Source of the DNA: the human T2T-CHM13v2.0 reference genome, Homo sapiens
Assembly: GCA_009914755.4 (NCBI GenBank)
Contig: CP068257.2
Location: 25,440,001-25,504,000, forward strand
Direction: 5' to 3'
Length of the DNA: 64,000 bases
Positions 15,045 to 30,009 of the stretch are shown one piece after another (the stretch's first letter is position 1; each line of letters opens with the position of its first letter). A program made the position numbers and the translations under genes. Below the pieces are notes generated by a model. The model saw nothing but the letters and a program-made list of their open reading frames with translations. It was not told the origin of the DNA and searched no databases.

Positions 15045-15880
15045 TTGTAAATAAAGTTTTTGTTCCCCCAGCTTAAAGTAAAATAAAAATGGTATATATT
15101 TATGGTATGCAGCATGATTGATATACATATATTATAAAATGATTACCACAATCAAATATATTCGTCACCTCTCCCAGTTATCATTTTTCAATGAGAAATT
15201 TCAGATCTACTCTCTTAGCAAATTTCAAGTATACAATACGGTACTATTAACAGTCACCATGCTGTACATTAGATTTCTATAACTTATTTATCCTGTCTAA
15301 CAAACTTTGTACTCTTTGGCCAACATCTCACCATCTCCCCCTCACCCAGGCCCTGACAACCACTTTTTAAGATTTCACGTATATATGAGATTATGGAATA
15401 TTTGTCTTTCTGTGTCTGATTTATTTACTTAGCATAATGTCCTCCAGCTTCATCCATGTTGCACATGACAGAACTTCCTTATTTCTTGAAGGCTGAATAA
15501 TATTCTATTGCAGAGAGGTAGATAATCACATTTTGTTTCTGCAACCATTAATGAATACTTAGGTCGATTCCATATCATGACTATTGTGACTAATGCTGCA
15601 ATGAGCATGAAATGTACGTATCTCTTTGAGATACTGGTTTCATTTCCTTTGGATACGTACTCAGAAGTAAGGCTGCTGGATATTGTGGCAGTTTCATTTT
15701 TAATTTTGGGGGGAACCTCCATACTGTTTTCCATAATGGTTGCAACAATTTACATTTCCACCAAAAGCATATCAGAGTTTCGTTTTTTGCACATCCTGGC
15801 CAACACTTACCTATTTTCTTTTTGGTAATAGCCATCAGTTGTGCATTTGCCTGGTGATGAGTGATGTTGAACATTTTATC
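15045..15880 (-). mobile_element. Old L1 (L1M/L1PB-type) 3' end: C-terminal ORF2 remnant plus 3'UTR, antisense
   Basis: The reverse complement reads …tggtggaaatgtaaattgttgcaaccattatggaaaacagtatggaggttcc… …tgtatacttgaaatttgctaagagagtagatct… …attgtggtaatcattttataatatatgtatatcaa…, which are hallmark L1 3' sequences. Minus-strand track ORFs (15450-15734, 15590-15874) translate to L1 ORF2 C-terminal motifs (ENSMEVPPKIKNETAT…). The 5' extent is uncertain. Confidence 0.8.
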
Positions 15881-17675
15881 ATAAACCTGTTGTCCTGGTG
15901 CTTGAGCTGTCTCATATAAATAATAGGCTTTATTTAAAATTTGAGTCGTATAAAGTGGATGATAACTTTTAAATGTGTCTGCTCTATTTATTGCTAATAA
16001 TTTGATATTTGGTCAAGGTAACTTTGACTTGAATTACTAAAAATTTGCCTGATGACTTTATTGATTTTGTGTTGTTTTATTTTCCAGCTAGTTTCAAAAA
16101 CTGATGGCATGCAAAACAGTGATAAATTTGGCTATTTAAGTACTGTGCCAAAGTTGATGTGTTGGCTTATTTGTTGTTGGAGTAAATCAAAGACTAGAAA
16201 ATATATTAAAATTGCTCTACCTACTTGCCGTGCAAATTATCATAATGATACAAATGACTTGGGAAATATTATATAAAACATTGTCTGAAAGTTAGTAGGC
16301 TATTCGCTCTCAAATTTATTTTCTACTCTTCCTCCGCTCTGTATTCATGAGACCCTAATTTACCATAATCCCTTGCCTTTTAACTTTCAGGGAAATGTTA
16401 GGGGGCCTGCCTTTTATCATTATGGAAGACTGAATATAAAATTCTGCATTGTCAGTCTTTTACTTTCTGGATGTTAAAGATGTTATTCATAGTTTTCAGT
16501 ACTGTCTGCTGAAAAGTATGCAAATATATTCATGTTTGTTCATCTGAAGGTAATGTGTCATTGTTCCTCTGGCCACTTTTTACATTTATTCTTTATCATT
16601 GTTTTTAGTAATTTGATAACAAGCCTTGGTGGTCTCTTCCTTTCTTCTTTTCTTTCCTCCTTATTTATTTTTTCTGTGTGCAGGATAAACATGCATGCAC
16701 ACAGAAAAATGACTTCAGATTTGCATAGTTGTATCTTATTTATTTTTTCTGTGTGCATGTATGTTTACTCTGCTTGGTGTTTGTTGAGGTTCTCGGAAGT
16801 GTGGGTTGATAGTTTTCATCAAATTAGAAAAGTTTTGGCCAATATTTCTTTAGATATTTTTTCTGGTTCCTGATCCTTTCAGGGATTTTTGTTACACAGA
16901 TGTTAGACCTTATTAATGTTCCAGAAGTCACTGAGACTCAATGACATATTATTAGGCTTTTCTCTGTATTTCAATTTGAATATATTCTACTACTATTTCC
17001 ATTTCTTAAAATTTCTGCTCTTCTTTTCTCCTCTCCTCTCTTCTTCTTCTTATGTTTGTTCTCCTTTACTGGAGTTCTTAAATGTATGTTATAAACGCTG
17101 TTTTGACATGCTTGACTGCTAATTACGTTGTCTCTGACTTTGTTTTTAAATGTAGCTTTTTGTATTATTCAGATATTTCAAGACCAACAGATGAGGAGAC
17201 AATTGCAATTGAAAAGATAGATTATTATACTCAGAGTTCCCAAAAGGGGGTGGAACCAGGGTTTGTCTGGAGGCAGAAGGAGCAAGGGGAAAATGTGGGC
17301 AATAACTTTTATTGTGGTTTTCATGGGAAGGAGTGGAAGAGGCTGTATAAACGGGTTTAGAATTGGCTAGCTTGAATAATTTCAGGGTGCTGCAAAACAT
17401 GAGTTATCCCTAGTTACCTGGCACCTGACCTGGGGTCGTTAAGGCAGAGGAACAGTGGTCCTAAGTGACAGAGACTGTGAATACCCGGTTTAAAAGGCAG
17501 TTGGAGTGTTGGCTGTGGATTGGTTATTTTGCATATAAAAGGCATGCTTACAGAGAGTACTGTACTGTTTCTAGAACTGGCCAACTCTGGGAGGAGCAGT
17601 CCCTCACAGTCAGCAAGGCCTCAAGATGTCAAAGCATCAAATACGGAAACTAGAAAATGTAGTTATTACCAGATC

Positions 17676-17971
17676 TTTTTTTTTTCTTTTTTGAGACAGT
17701 GTCACTCTGTTGCCCACACTGGAGTGCAGTGGCACAATCTTGGCTCACTGCAACCTCTACCTCCTGAGTTCAAGCTCTTCTCCTGCCTCAACCTCCAGAG
17801 TAATTGTGATTACAGGTGCCTTCCACCACACCAGGCTAATTTTTGTATTTTTAGTAGAGACGAGGTTTCACCATGTTGATCAGGTGGTTCTACAATTTCT
17901 GACCTCAAATAATGCACCCTCCTCGGCCTCCCAAAGTGCTGGGATTACAGGCATGAGCCACTGCACCCAGC
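17676..17971 (-). mobile_element. Alu SINE, antisense, with target-site duplication AGATCTTT
   Basis: Poly-T, then gagacagtgtcactctgttgcccacactggagtgcagtggcacaatcttggctcactgcaacctc… …gcatgagccactgcacccagc. 'agatcttt' flanks both ends (17671-17678 and 17976-17983). Confidence 0.9.
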
Positions 17972-19202
17972 TATAAGATCTTTATGTCTGTTTATACTGA
18001 TTGATTTTTCTCTTTGTTGTGAATAACATACCCTTGCTTCTAAGAATGTTTAGTATTTTTTGATTGGATGTTGGGCATTGTGAAGTTAAATTGTTGAGTG
18101 TCTGGATTCTGCTGTATTTCTTTACAGAGTGTAAAATTGGTGTTGGTATGCAGTTAAGTTACTTTCAGATTAGTTTGATCACCTTGATGTGTGTTTTTAA
18201 GTTTTGCTAAAGTGGATCTAGAAGAGATTCACTCCAAGGATATTTCAGCCCTCCTACTAAGGTACAAATTTAGTTTTCCTTATGGAATTATTTTTGTCTT
18301 ATTATTAATGAATATCATGAATGCTTATAAGGTACCAAGAAGTGGACTAAAATATGCAACAGAACATGAAAAAGGTACAGCCTATATCATTTTCTCATAG
18401 AACTGTTAAGTGGAGATAGGCATATAAATAAACTAAATATGTGACCAACAGTGGCATATGAAAAGTGAGATACTGTACAAAGTTTTGACCAACAGTAAAA
18501 TATGTACATGCAAAAATATTTAAATTACACTGTATTCAGTAAGGTAGGCCCTGAAAAAGTCTGTTAGGGCTTCATAAAATTGTATGTGCTTTAGCATTTG
18601 AGCATCTATTGTGTACTGCCAGCCTAGCATTGTGCTAAGTCATAGAGATACAATGGTAAAGAAAACACATCCCTGGCTACAAGGAGCTTATCATCTTATG
18701 AGGTACAAAGACAAGTAATAGTGCTTCTAGAAGAATAAGTCATTTGTGTCGTGAAACTGTATATGTGTAAGCCAGTCATTAGGCACCATGGAGACCTTCT
18801 AAGATGAAGCTGTATAAACTAAAAACAAATGATTATTATAATTTTGTCTGGCAAAGGAATAAGAAGATTGGGAAAGTGCTTAGAAGTGATTCATAGTAGA
18901 GGAAAAATCACACCTAAAAACTTAGAGCCCCGAGAATAGTGAACATTTATGGAATGAAAGTTATAGTAGTTTGTTTCTGGTAGGACCTGCTAGTCAGGAG
19001 TAATGAAATATGGCACAGAGCAAGACAAAATAGGCAGGAAGTGGTCAGCCAATGGAGAGTTTGCCATGAAATATGAAAGAGTCTGTATCTTATCTTGAGA
19101 AGAGTGGGATCCTTCCAATGGTTTTCAGCACCGGAGATTATGGACATGAAGCTCAGGAGAGAGGCCTGAAATGGTGGCTCATGCCGAGGCTTGAAGGATT
19201 AA

Positions 19203-19606
19203 TGTATTAGTTCATTAGGGCTGCAATAATAAAGTAGCACAAATTGGGTGGTTTAAATAATAGAAAAACAACAAAAATAGTTCTAGAGGCTAGAAGTCTG
19301 AGATCAAGGCGTCATCAGAACTGGTTTCTTCTGAGGGAGACTCTGTTCCATTCCTCTCTCCTTGGCTTGTAGATGGCCATCATCTTTCTATGTCTTCACA
19401 TCATTGTCCCTCTCTACTTGTCTATGTCCGTGTTTCCTTTTCTTGTGAGAATACTGGTCATGCTGGATTAAGGCCCACTTTAATGACCTCATTTTAACTT
19501 GATTACCTCCACAAAGACTATTCCAGAATAAGGTTATGTTCTGAGGTATTAGGGGTTACGACTTCAACATATGAATTTTGAGTGGACACAATTCAACCCA
19601 TAGCAC
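19203..19606 (-). mobile_element. MaLR-type LTR (MLT1/MST-like), antisense solo LTR
   Basis: tgtattagttcattagggctgcaataataaagtagcacaaattgggtggtttaaataatag…ttctagaggctagaagtctgagatcaaggcgtcatcag… …ttaaggcccactttaatgacctcattttaacttgattacctcc… …ggggttacgacttcaacatatgaattttgagtggacacaattcaacccatagca is the reverse complement of the MaLR LTR consensus. Confidence 0.7.
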
Positions 19607-20844
19607 CCCCGTGTAAGAGCTGGGAAGGGAAAGTGGCTAAGTTGTGCAAATGTGCACATTGGTTGGAGATGATTAACTTCTGGCATGTAGATTCAACACC
19701 CAAGAAGTGAAATACAATGGATAAAAATGGCTAGAAGATAAAGTTGACAGTGGCAATAACAATATGGATTAGACTTGGCAAAGTTATGAAGCAGGAAAAG
19801 TGGGTATTGAGGCATCCTCTACTTTGATGTTAGGAAATTATTTTTTAATTTTCCACTGATTTTAATTTATAAATTCTCTGATTAAAAATTTGTTATAGTC
19901 TTACCTTTCTAGGGCTTGGTTACTAGGCTATAGTACAAGTTACTATACACTATATGTAAAGAGTATTAGATTGTATTTTTGTCTTGTTACCAGATAAAGT
20001 AATGGTCATTTAAAGCTATTTCTTCCAGCCATGAAGTCAGGGTATGATTAAACAAAATTCCATAAATAACTTGATCACTATGAAATGAAATCTGTCTTCT
20101 TATGTTTGGCATTCAATTGACTACATCAGATGTTGTTTCGAAAGTCTTTTCTCAACAACAGTAAAATACACAGCCTGATATTCCCATTGAGAATAGACCA
20201 AATTCTTTTGACCTAAAACTAGAACTAGTGAGAAAGTTGTATAAAAAATTACACCCATGTTAAAATGGATACATTGCTCTTACCTCTAAATAGACAAATA
20301 CTGGAAGCATTACAAATGAAGTAATGTTTTAATATTTCACAGCTCAAAAATTAAGTGCTAATGTATTTTTCCCCTGAATTTGTTGAAAACTATTTTTATT
20401 GCTTGTGGTACTCCTGAGAAAACGAAGGTTCTGGATTTTGATTCAAGATTCTAATGTGTATATTTTCTATGTCTTTGGCTTCATTGTGTTTTTTCATAGC
20501 TGACCCAGCTTTCTGCAGAAAACAGGGCAGTCAATATATTTGGAGCCTTGACTCTCTAAACTTTAACCACACAAGAAGAGACAGACTCTCTCTATTTGTT
20601 ACAGTTCCTAAATACTCTAGCTTAGGACTGATATTCACCCTTGACCAATCAACTGTATCTAGGCCCGGAATCTTGGGGAAGGGCCCTGCCATCTTGGGTC
20701 AGGTGATGACTAGACTAATCCGTTATGGTCAGGGTAACAGAGAATTAATCAAGTACATTGAAGCTCACAGGAAGCACATATGTAGGTGCAAAGAGTTAGG
20801 TGGAACACGAGGACAGAAGTAAACTCCAGAGAAAAGGAAGTGCT

Positions 20845-21165
20845 GGCCAGGCGGGGCGGCTCACACCTGTAATCCCAGCACTTTCGGAGGCCGAGGTGGG
20901 CGGATCACCTGAGGTCCGGAGTTCAAGACCAGCCTGACAAACACGGAGAAACCCCGTCTCTACTAAAAATACAAAATTAGCCGAGCGTGTTGGTGCATGC
21001 CTGTAATCCCAGATACTTGGGAGGCTGAGGCAGGAGAATCAACCTGAACCTGGGAAGCGGAGGTTACAGTGAGCTGAGATCGCGCCATTACACTCCAGCC
21101 TGGGCAACAAAAGCTAAAATCTGTCTCAAAAAAAAAAAAAAAAAAGAAAAAAGAAAAAAAAAAGA
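20845..21165 (+). mobile_element. Alu SINE (sense) with long A-rich tail; target-site duplication AAGTGCT
   Basis: ggccaggcggggcggctcacacctgtaatcccagcactttcggaggccgaggtgggcggatcacctgaggtc… …ctgtctc(A)n(gaaaa)n. 'gaagtgct' and 'aaagtgct' flank the element. Confidence 0.9.
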
Positions 21166-21666
21166 AAGTGCTGAGTAGATATCCTTCCAAGTAGGTGTTT
21201 CACAATGTTGTTTCTTTACATAATGCTGAAATTAAGTATTTATTCTTAATTCATGTATTCTGTAAACCTTTTTGAGTATCTCTGTGCCCAGCACTGGTCT
21301 AGGGTTTGGAAATGAGACAGCAAACAAAGCAAAGTCCATAATATCATGATGCTTACTTTCTGGTGTGGACATGGAGATGGGAGGCAAACACAGAAATGCA
21401 TGAATAAAATACCTTGTCCAAGACGGTAAGAGTAACAGAGAAAAGTGAAAAGGGGAAAGGAGAGAAGAGAACTGAAGTGCAGTGTGGCTGCATTTTATAT
21501 GAGTAATCAGCAAGCTTAAGTGATAAGGTAGCATTGAATAAAGGCCAGAGGAAAGGAAGGAGTGACCCATGAGGATCTCTGAAGAACATTCTGGTAGAGG
21601 GAATGGTTTATGGAAACAAACAAACAAAACTACAATAAACAAAAACTTGTTTTTCTCTAATCATGG

Positions 21667-21691
21667 TATATATATATATATATATATATAT
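21667..21691. repeat. (TA)12 microsatellite
   Basis: tatatatatatatatatatatatat read directly. Confidence 0.95.
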
Positions 21692-24600
21692 GTAGATTAG
21701 CATGCTTTAGAAATTTACTTTTCTTTAAATAATATATAACTGGATATAAAACAAAGTGAAGATTTTACTAACATTAGGTTTGGTTAATCATACCTATAGT
21801 AACCCTCAAAGTAAAACACACACTCTATTGCCCTCCTTATCCCAGCATGATACTTACAAGAACAGAAAATAGTCCAATGCATGTTAACATTTGAAACTAA
21901 AACCTAAAAAAGAATGATAAATGATATAATACTCTTCCCACAATAGGAATTATATTTCTAATTTCTGAGATATCAAAAGAAGTAACATTTAAAAAAAAAG
22001 TTGTATATCCATCCCCTAACCTTCTCTTGATTTATGTTAGAGTTTACCTTAGAAACAAACCTAACTTTACCTTAGAAACAAATATAATTCACTGGCGATG
22101 TAGCCACTCTTGCCATGGCAACTACCATGTATGGCCAATTACTAAGATATGGCCCAGTGACTTTCAGGGACGTCTCTATACTGTACTCTGTTTACACCCA
22201 TTACAGCATTGAGCAATATCACCACAGTCTTAATTTTTAAGAATGGAAAATGAAAAGAACATTTACTGAAGAAATTGGAGGCCAGGTATGGATACTTTAG
22301 TCATTACATTTGTTTAGTGACTGTTGGCTGAATAACATACCAGGCAATGTAAACAGAGTATTTGCATTTCCCCCAAGTTTTCTCCAAGACTACCATAGAC
22401 ATGGAGCCTCAGAGTCATGCTAAATAAATATGGTTTAAAAAAGACTGACAATCAAGAATATCAAACATTAAAGAGAGCCTGATTAAGATATCTTGGGAAA
22501 TAAAAATGTTGGCAGCTGCTGGCAGTGATGTCTTTGTTACTATTTTCTAATTTCTTGCAAAGAAAGAGATGTCAATGTATCTGACAGATTCCTCTAGTTA
22601 CTACTCAGACTGGTGAAGACAAACTGCCAAAAACTGTGGGTTCTTTCACTCCAATTAATTCTCCCTTCTCCTATCTCCCTTGTTGGAATTCTATCAAGGC
22701 ACCATTTTGACCATTTTAAATTGAAGAGTCTGTCATCCACTTCTGTTACTTCTGAAGAATTTTGATTTCAAGTTCAAAACACAATTAAAATATTTACTAA
22801 GGTTAAACTAGTGTTTGAGTATCATGTGATATATATTTATTTGTTCTTGGAGTAAACATAACATTTATTTTTCCACAAACAACACTATTTTATAGATTTA
22901 TTATTTCAGAACATATGATCTGAAAAAAGATTTTAAATAACTTTTGATATAAAATGATATCTTCAAACTATTTTAATTATCAATTACTAAAATGGCTTAG
23001 GAGTTCATGATTAGAATGTATAAAGAAAATAAGGCAACTTCGAGCTTATACTACATTCTACTAAATGATAACAAACTTTTGGAATTACTATTTGTTCTAT
23101 ATCAGATAGAGTTTTACATGTTATAAAACAAAAAAAAGTTGATCAATTTTAAAACAATCTTTCTATTTATGGTTAAGTTATATCATGACAAATTCCTTCT
23201 AATGCAGAGCTTTCTGATTTTCTTAGAAAATATGTTCCAAGGTTTTAATGCCAAAACAGCAAGTAAATAATACTCCTTAAGCAGTCAACTGGCACACAAC
23301 TACCAATCCATCAAGAGTTACAGCAAAAGGAAGTAGAATAAGCCTTGGTATTTATAAAAGAAAGAGCAATCAACTCGGAGAGTAACTAGATCTGGCTCTT
23401 TCACTAATTGAAGCTGCAGAACAAGGACCAAGTCATTTGACACTAAAATTACCGCCCTCACAAATGCAACTCCAAGGTCACATCTCTATTTTTTTTTTCT
23501 TTAAGTTGAGGTCGGACAGGGTGGCAGAGACATTAGTACTTGTTCATTTTTAGTTTTCATTTATTGTGCATTTGAAGGTTATACTTCTCTGTCTCCTTTT
23601 AGTTAGGTGGAGCTGAAGTGATGTGTGTCACATCCAGGAAGAGCCATTTAATTGCTTATGTGAGACTCTAGCAATCTCTTGGAAATTGTAGAGGAAGATC
23701 ATGTTACAAGGGAGTTGCCACAAGATTGAAACATTCTTGATTTCTAGGTCACCAAATGGAAACAAGTTGTCCTGGATAGTCACTGCGATTCACAGTAAAC
23801 TTTCTATGAACAGGAAACAAACTGTAAATGGATTAAGTCACTCAGATTGTGTTCTGTTTTGCTACTACAGCATGATTTAGGTTATCCTGATGAATTCAGA
23901 TATTGGAACTAGAGTTAGTATGACACTATAAAAAAAATTTGAAACGTAAGGCACTGACTTAGTTGTTGGGCAATGTTCAGCTTCTAGGAATATGGCATGA
24001 GAGGCTATAAGTAAGACAAAGGACTGCATTAGTTACGGCACAGCAAGCACCATTGTTTTGGCTCTTTTTGTACCCCGAATTCAATGGAGGTAATGTGGAA
24101 AGGCCCAGGTGGATGGTGCATACGTGGTTGGTTTGTATCATACCCGAAGAACCCTAAGTTTAAGAAATCTGAACCTTCTCTGGGCTGCAAGTAATCTGTT
24201 TGAGCTTTGCCCCAGAGAGAGAGAGAGATTGTCTTTATTTTATTGGAAAGCAAACCAATCTACCTTCTGATCCGTAGGGAGATAATATATCCTCCAAAGC
24301 TGTTTGCATGCTAACATCCTTAAAAAATTTATCTGGAACAAAGCTAGCTGGTGCCTGTGCTCAGAAGACATGCAGAAATGTAAGAAACCCATGAGAATTG
24401 CCTCCCAACCCACTATTTCTGTTTCCTTGCTTAGTCTTTCCCAATGCATCTCAAATTCTACTTCTTCATGAATTTTTTTTCTGGACTCCACCAGTCAAGT
24501 ACATTTTTCTCCTTTTAACCTTGCTGTATTTTGTGTTTCTCTTTTAAGACACATATTAGTTTGCACTTTTTCACTGTTTATGTAGTTCTTTATCACCGAA

Positions 24601-25077
24601 TTCTGAGTATTGGAAGTTTCTGGATAGCAGATACTGTGTTTCATTCATCCTTACATCTCTTGTAGGAGATGATACATCTTTTACCTAACTCTTATCCTAT
24701 GTTTTAGAAACTGTTTTACTAACATAATATAGCATGGAATTCTTATGAATCAGATAAGCAACAGTCCTAAGGGAGATACGGTCAAGGCATCAGAATACAA
24801 CAAAAATACCTAAAATACCTTTTAAAGTATAATTTGCTATAGTCAAATGACATTCCTGAAATATTCAATAATGAGATATTTTTGGTAGAGTGCAACCTGA
24901 AGAAAATCTAGATAACTTTGTAATTATGTTATCTGTTATAACTAGTAGCATGAAAACATTTTTCTACCATTGCTGCTGCTACCACCAGCATTTACCTCGA
25001 TCACTTTTTGCTGCTACTACCATTAGTTTGTTGCTACAGCGGGTTTTCAAATTACATGTTTTAAACTTTGTTATTTT

Positions 25078-25249
25078 ATTTTGAGATGGAGTTTTGTTCT
25101 TAGCCACACCTGGCTAATTTTATATTTTTAGTAGAGGCGGCGTTTCACCATGTTGGCCAGGCTGGTCTCAAACTCCTGACATCAAATAATCTGCCCACCT
25201 TGGCCTCTCAAAGTGCTGGGATTACAGGTGTGAGCCACCGTGCCCAGCC
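25078..25249 (-). mobile_element. Internally deleted Alu, antisense
   Basis: ttttgagatggagttttgttcttagcc joins directly to acacctggctaattttatatttttagtagaggcggcgtttcaccatgttggccaggctggtctcaaactcctgac…gtgtgagccaccgtgcccagcc. Most of the right monomer is missing. Confidence 0.85.
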
Positions 25250-28200
25250 ACATGTTTTTAACTTTAAAACAGTGCAAAAGTAATATGCATTTAGTAGAAA
25301 CCATACTTCGAATTTTGGATTTTGTTCTGTTTCCTGGCTAGCAATATATGGTACCATACCCTCTCATCATGCCGGCGAGCAGAGAAAGCTGCAGCTCCCA
25401 CTCAACCACGCAATCACAAGGGTAAACAACCGACACTTCTTACTTGATATCTTCCTTAAGAACACTGCACCTGCTAAACCATCAACAAGTGTTGATGCCC
25501 CAGTGCCTTCTATCAGCTATTCTCAAGCCTCATCAGAATAAAGAGAAATTGATGACCCTGTCACTTCAGTATTTCCATCATCCAGCAGTTAATTTTAGTT
25601 CAATGCTTTAAACATTCTTCACGCCTGGTGTGCTTTCAGTTGTGTATATTCACGGTGAGTACTCATACAACCATTCTGTTTTTCACTTTCAGTACAGTAT
25701 TCAACTAATTTAATGAGATATTCAACACCTTATTACAAAATAGGCTTTGTATGTAGATTTTGCCCAACTGCCGCCTATGTAAATGTTCTGATCACATTTA
25801 AAGGTAGGCTAGGCTAAGCTATAATGTTCTGTAGGTTACGTGTATTAAACATATTTTTGACTTACAATATTTTCAACTTGATGACAAGTTTATTGGGATG
25901 TAACACCATCGTAAGTAGATGAGCATCTGAATTCTATAGGGTGCTAGAAACTGTGCTATACACTTCATGATATTGTCTCTTTTATTATATTTTAGAATTT
26001 TATATAGGGATATATGGATTTTTATAATCCCAAAGGTCAGATGAAGAAACAGAGGCTACCAGAGTAACCTGCCCAAATTCACGTAGTAAATAAGTGATAG
26101 AGTTGAGATTCAATTTTTTTTTTTATTTAGTGCTTAAGGCTGAATTCTTAACTATTATCAAAGTGGCCTGTGTATGAGCTTATAAAGATTCACCAGTAAA
26201 TACAACATCAACCAAGGAGGAAGGATTCTCCCATATTGATTACATTTTAAAACAAGTATTTGATTCTGTTCAACAAATTGAAGTGCCCTATTCTATTCTT
26301 AGGTACTGAGAAAGGAACTGCCATATGACTACAGATGGTCTTCACTCTTTTGATTCTTTCAGTAGTGTTTGTAGAATACCAATTTATAAATCAACTGTAA
26401 AAACAAAGAGAAAAAGAAATCAGTCAGTGGCTCTTAGAACAAGTCACAATTTTGTGATAATAAAGTACAGGATATAGTGGGTAGATTTTCCCAAATGTCA
26501 ATCAATGTGGTGATAATTTTTAAGGATTTTAATAGTTGAACTTTAACATTCAAAATCAACATCAAAGTGATATCTTGATTGTTGCCTGTTGATCATGGGA
26601 AAGGATGGTGAAGAAGGTTATTAGAGAATATTTTTTGGTGAGTGCTATTGGGCATCTTAACTCTAGTGTTCTGATTTGTACAGTCATAACCATGGCATGC
26701 TAAACCAAGCTTTCTGGATTCATTGCCATTCACTGAACCATGATATATAGAGATAACATTTTTTAATGGAAGAAATTAGGTTCTGTCTCATGTCAAGGCA
26801 TGCTATTTAAATCTGGTGACTTTTGAAGTATGAGACAGGTTTTTTTTCATTGGCTTTGGCTTTGGTTGTTTTTTTCCTTTATGAGAGTCTCACACTGCCA
26901 AGTTTTGAATTTTGCATGTTCAGGTTATTGGGGATTTTGTTTTTCTGAGTGCACGAAGAGTTCAAGTTTCTTAAAATAGGGAAAATTATTGCTCCCATTC
27001 CCCTCCCACTTAAAACATGCTTATAGTTCAACACTATTTGGTTTAGGTTAAAACTAAAAATAAGTTCTTTCAAGTTATGACTAAACAAGACAAATTTCTG
27101 CTTAAAACTGCTTCTTAAAAAGTCCTATTTGAGTGTAAAGAAAGTGGATGAAGAATGACTTTTGCTTTTGAAATTTAACCCTAACAAAAAATATCCTTTT
27201 CTGGAAAATAACTGCAACCCCAAACTACCAGTGCTTTCTAGGTGTGTGAGCAACTGTTAATATTAAAACCTGATTTTTGTTATTGATTTACTAGCCTTAG
27301 TCAGCATATCTCATTTTTAATTTTTCAGTCTTCAAAGTAGAGAGTTGCTTGATTTGCACACATTCTGGAGAAAGTACATCACCAGAATACGTTGGTCAAA
27401 GAATAGGAAATTTCATTTAAACAGGAGAAATAGAGTCAAGAGATCCACATTTAATACAACATGATTTCTATAGTTAATAACAATGTATTTATTATATTCT
27501 TGAGAAGTGCTAAAAGTAGATTTGAAGTGTTCTCACCAGAAAAAAGAATAGGTGAGGGAATGCATATGTTAATTAACTCAATTTATCCATTCTGCAGTGT
27601 ATACCTCTCAAAATACTGTGTTGTACATGATAAATAAATACAAATGTTTTGGTAAACTTAAACAAATAAATGAGGGAAAAAAAAGAAAATATGTTATTCA
27701 CACTCTGAACATGAAAAGGTAGTTTGAAAATGCTTTCTCAGAAACACTGTCATACTTTAATAAGGCTGAGCTCATAAAAACATTGTGAGGAAGATCAATC
27801 ATTTTAGCTTCCTCTCAATTGTGCTTTTTAATGTTCCTTCTCTCCAAAGGTCTCTGCCGGCTGTTCCATTGCTATCCCAGGCCCTTCTTTTAGAAAGTCT
27901 TACTGAGATTTTTTTCTTCCTTAACAATGTTGCCTCTGGATATAGAATGTCTCCCAAGTTTTTCTTTGCATGATTCCCTTTCACCTACATCTCTTCACTT
28001 TCAACTTCCCCTCCAAAGAACCACTCAAATATAACTTTCTGATATTTTATTCACCATTCATTCACTCAGCACTTACCAATATATATTCAATGTCTACTCT
28101 GGGTTAGACACTACTGTAGGCATTGAGGATGTAGGAATATACGAGACGGTAGATCCCTGACTCAAATAAGTTTATATTCTTTATAAATAAGTAGCCAAAT

Positions 28201-30009
28201 AAAAATAAAAGAGATTCACTAATTGTGATGGTTGCCTTGAAGGAGGTAACCATGGAGATGATGGGGAGTTACTAGATTTGGTGGTGGGTGATGGAGGCAG
28301 TGTATTAGACAGGAAGGTCAGAGAAGGTCTCTCTCAGATATTATTCTGCTTAGATTTAAAAATCTGATAAAAACCAGTTGCATTTAAAGTCAGGGGTGAA
28401 CAAGGCTCAACCTGTTGCAAGAAATGTGTCCAGAGAATGGTCTACATGTGATCAAATTATATGAGATAGGATGAAAAAGTGGGGAGGATCCTACTTATAA
28501 AAATGTCTTAAAGCCATTGTAAGATGTTTGGATTTTGCCCTAAGAACGGTGATACGCTATTGCAAAATCAGTGGTTTGACAGTTCTAAAATAATGTTTTG
28601 ACCTAACAGTGTAAAGTCAGGTGTATTTCTTTGTTGACAATGCATTGTCTTGATCAAATTAGTGGTCCTACCATGAATGAAATTTCAGGCAACATGCAAA
28701 GCTATGTCTCACACTGAAGTTATAGTGAGTCTGTTAAAAATGTTTCTTTAAATCTCATTAAGTAGGCACGTGGTTATTTTGCCTAAATGGGGGGTGGTCC
28801 CTTGATAGTTTTTCCTCCCAAACACTATATTTTGAGAAACATTTAAGAAATCTGGAACATGCATTGACTTTTCGTCAGCGATATCTGTGACCTTGACATA
28901 GCCTGAAAATTTTATATTAGCTTCCAAAAATTTTAATTAATTCATTTAGAAAATTCGATTACTAAATACCATTCTCAGCATAATGCTGTATAGGTTAGTA
29001 TCAATCACATCACAGAAATGGTTGAGAATAGGGAAGTTCCTATCCTGAAGTAGTCTATACATAAATATTACTAAGAGCAAGTCTTATTAGAAGTAAGTGT
29101 TAAGCTATATTTTATGTTTCATGTTCATTATTGTTTTTGGAGTCTTTCTTTAAGCTCCAAGCAACATTATCATATATCTCATAGTATAAAATTGTTGTTT
29201 TAGTTGACCTTTCTGCAACCATTTCCCTAGTTCTTGCCCATTAATTTTGGTATAGATAAATATGATATATAGCTGGTGTAGATAAACAGGATACACAGGA
29301 GGTAGATGAAAGACCACTGGACCCAGGGCTGACTTCACAGATGTGCATCCAGGTCCTGTGTTCAGAAAGACCTCACTCTGCTGTCACCATCTTGAAAAGC
29401 TTATTTATTTTTCCCTTGAACCCATGTTTCTTCAGAGAGATTTGATTGGACAATGGATTGGACACTTCACATTTTATTTTCCACTGACCTCCAAAAATTA
29501 TGTCCTTTTAGAGCAATCACGTCATGCACAGGTTATTAAAGCCATCATTTCCTCTGTTTCTTTGTAATCACCAGACCATGCAACCACTGTAAATATCAGC
29601 TGGGCATCAACAGCTTTGAAAGTTTTGAGGAATGAAATAAGCTTCCACGGTGCATTCCAGGATGGTAAACTACAAATAAAATATATATATATTTTTTGTA
29701 AATTGTAATAAAACTTTCTTAAAACTGTAAATCTTTTACAAAACTGTTTTTGCTAAATTCTTATGCTGTTAGAACCAGCCTTTCAAACTAAGGGTCGGTA
29801 GGTCAAATTCAGCCCACAATTATGATTTGTTTGACCAACATAGAAGTTTACAAAATATGAATGTGAGTGCTTTTAAATGGGGCCTGACATTCCAGAGAGC
29901 CACTGGCCTAACCATTTAATTGTTTTTTACAAGATAATTTGTTTACCCTTCCTGGTCTTTCAGAGCATTTGAATTTGCAATTCTGAGCTCTAAAGTTTAA
30001 TGTCTAAAA

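Noticed and set aside
15450-15874. Two ~94-aa minus-strand ORFs with protein-like composition
   Set aside because: They translate to the C-terminal part of L1 ORF2 (ENSMEVPPKIKNE…). They belong to the decayed L1 3' fragment and are not a cellular gene.
16659-16758. 25-bp direct repeat (cttatttattttttctgtgtgca) occurring twice 75 bp apart around a tgcatgcacacag palindrome
   Set aside because: A small local tandem duplication in low-complexity T-rich DNA, too short and isolated to support a functional interpretation.
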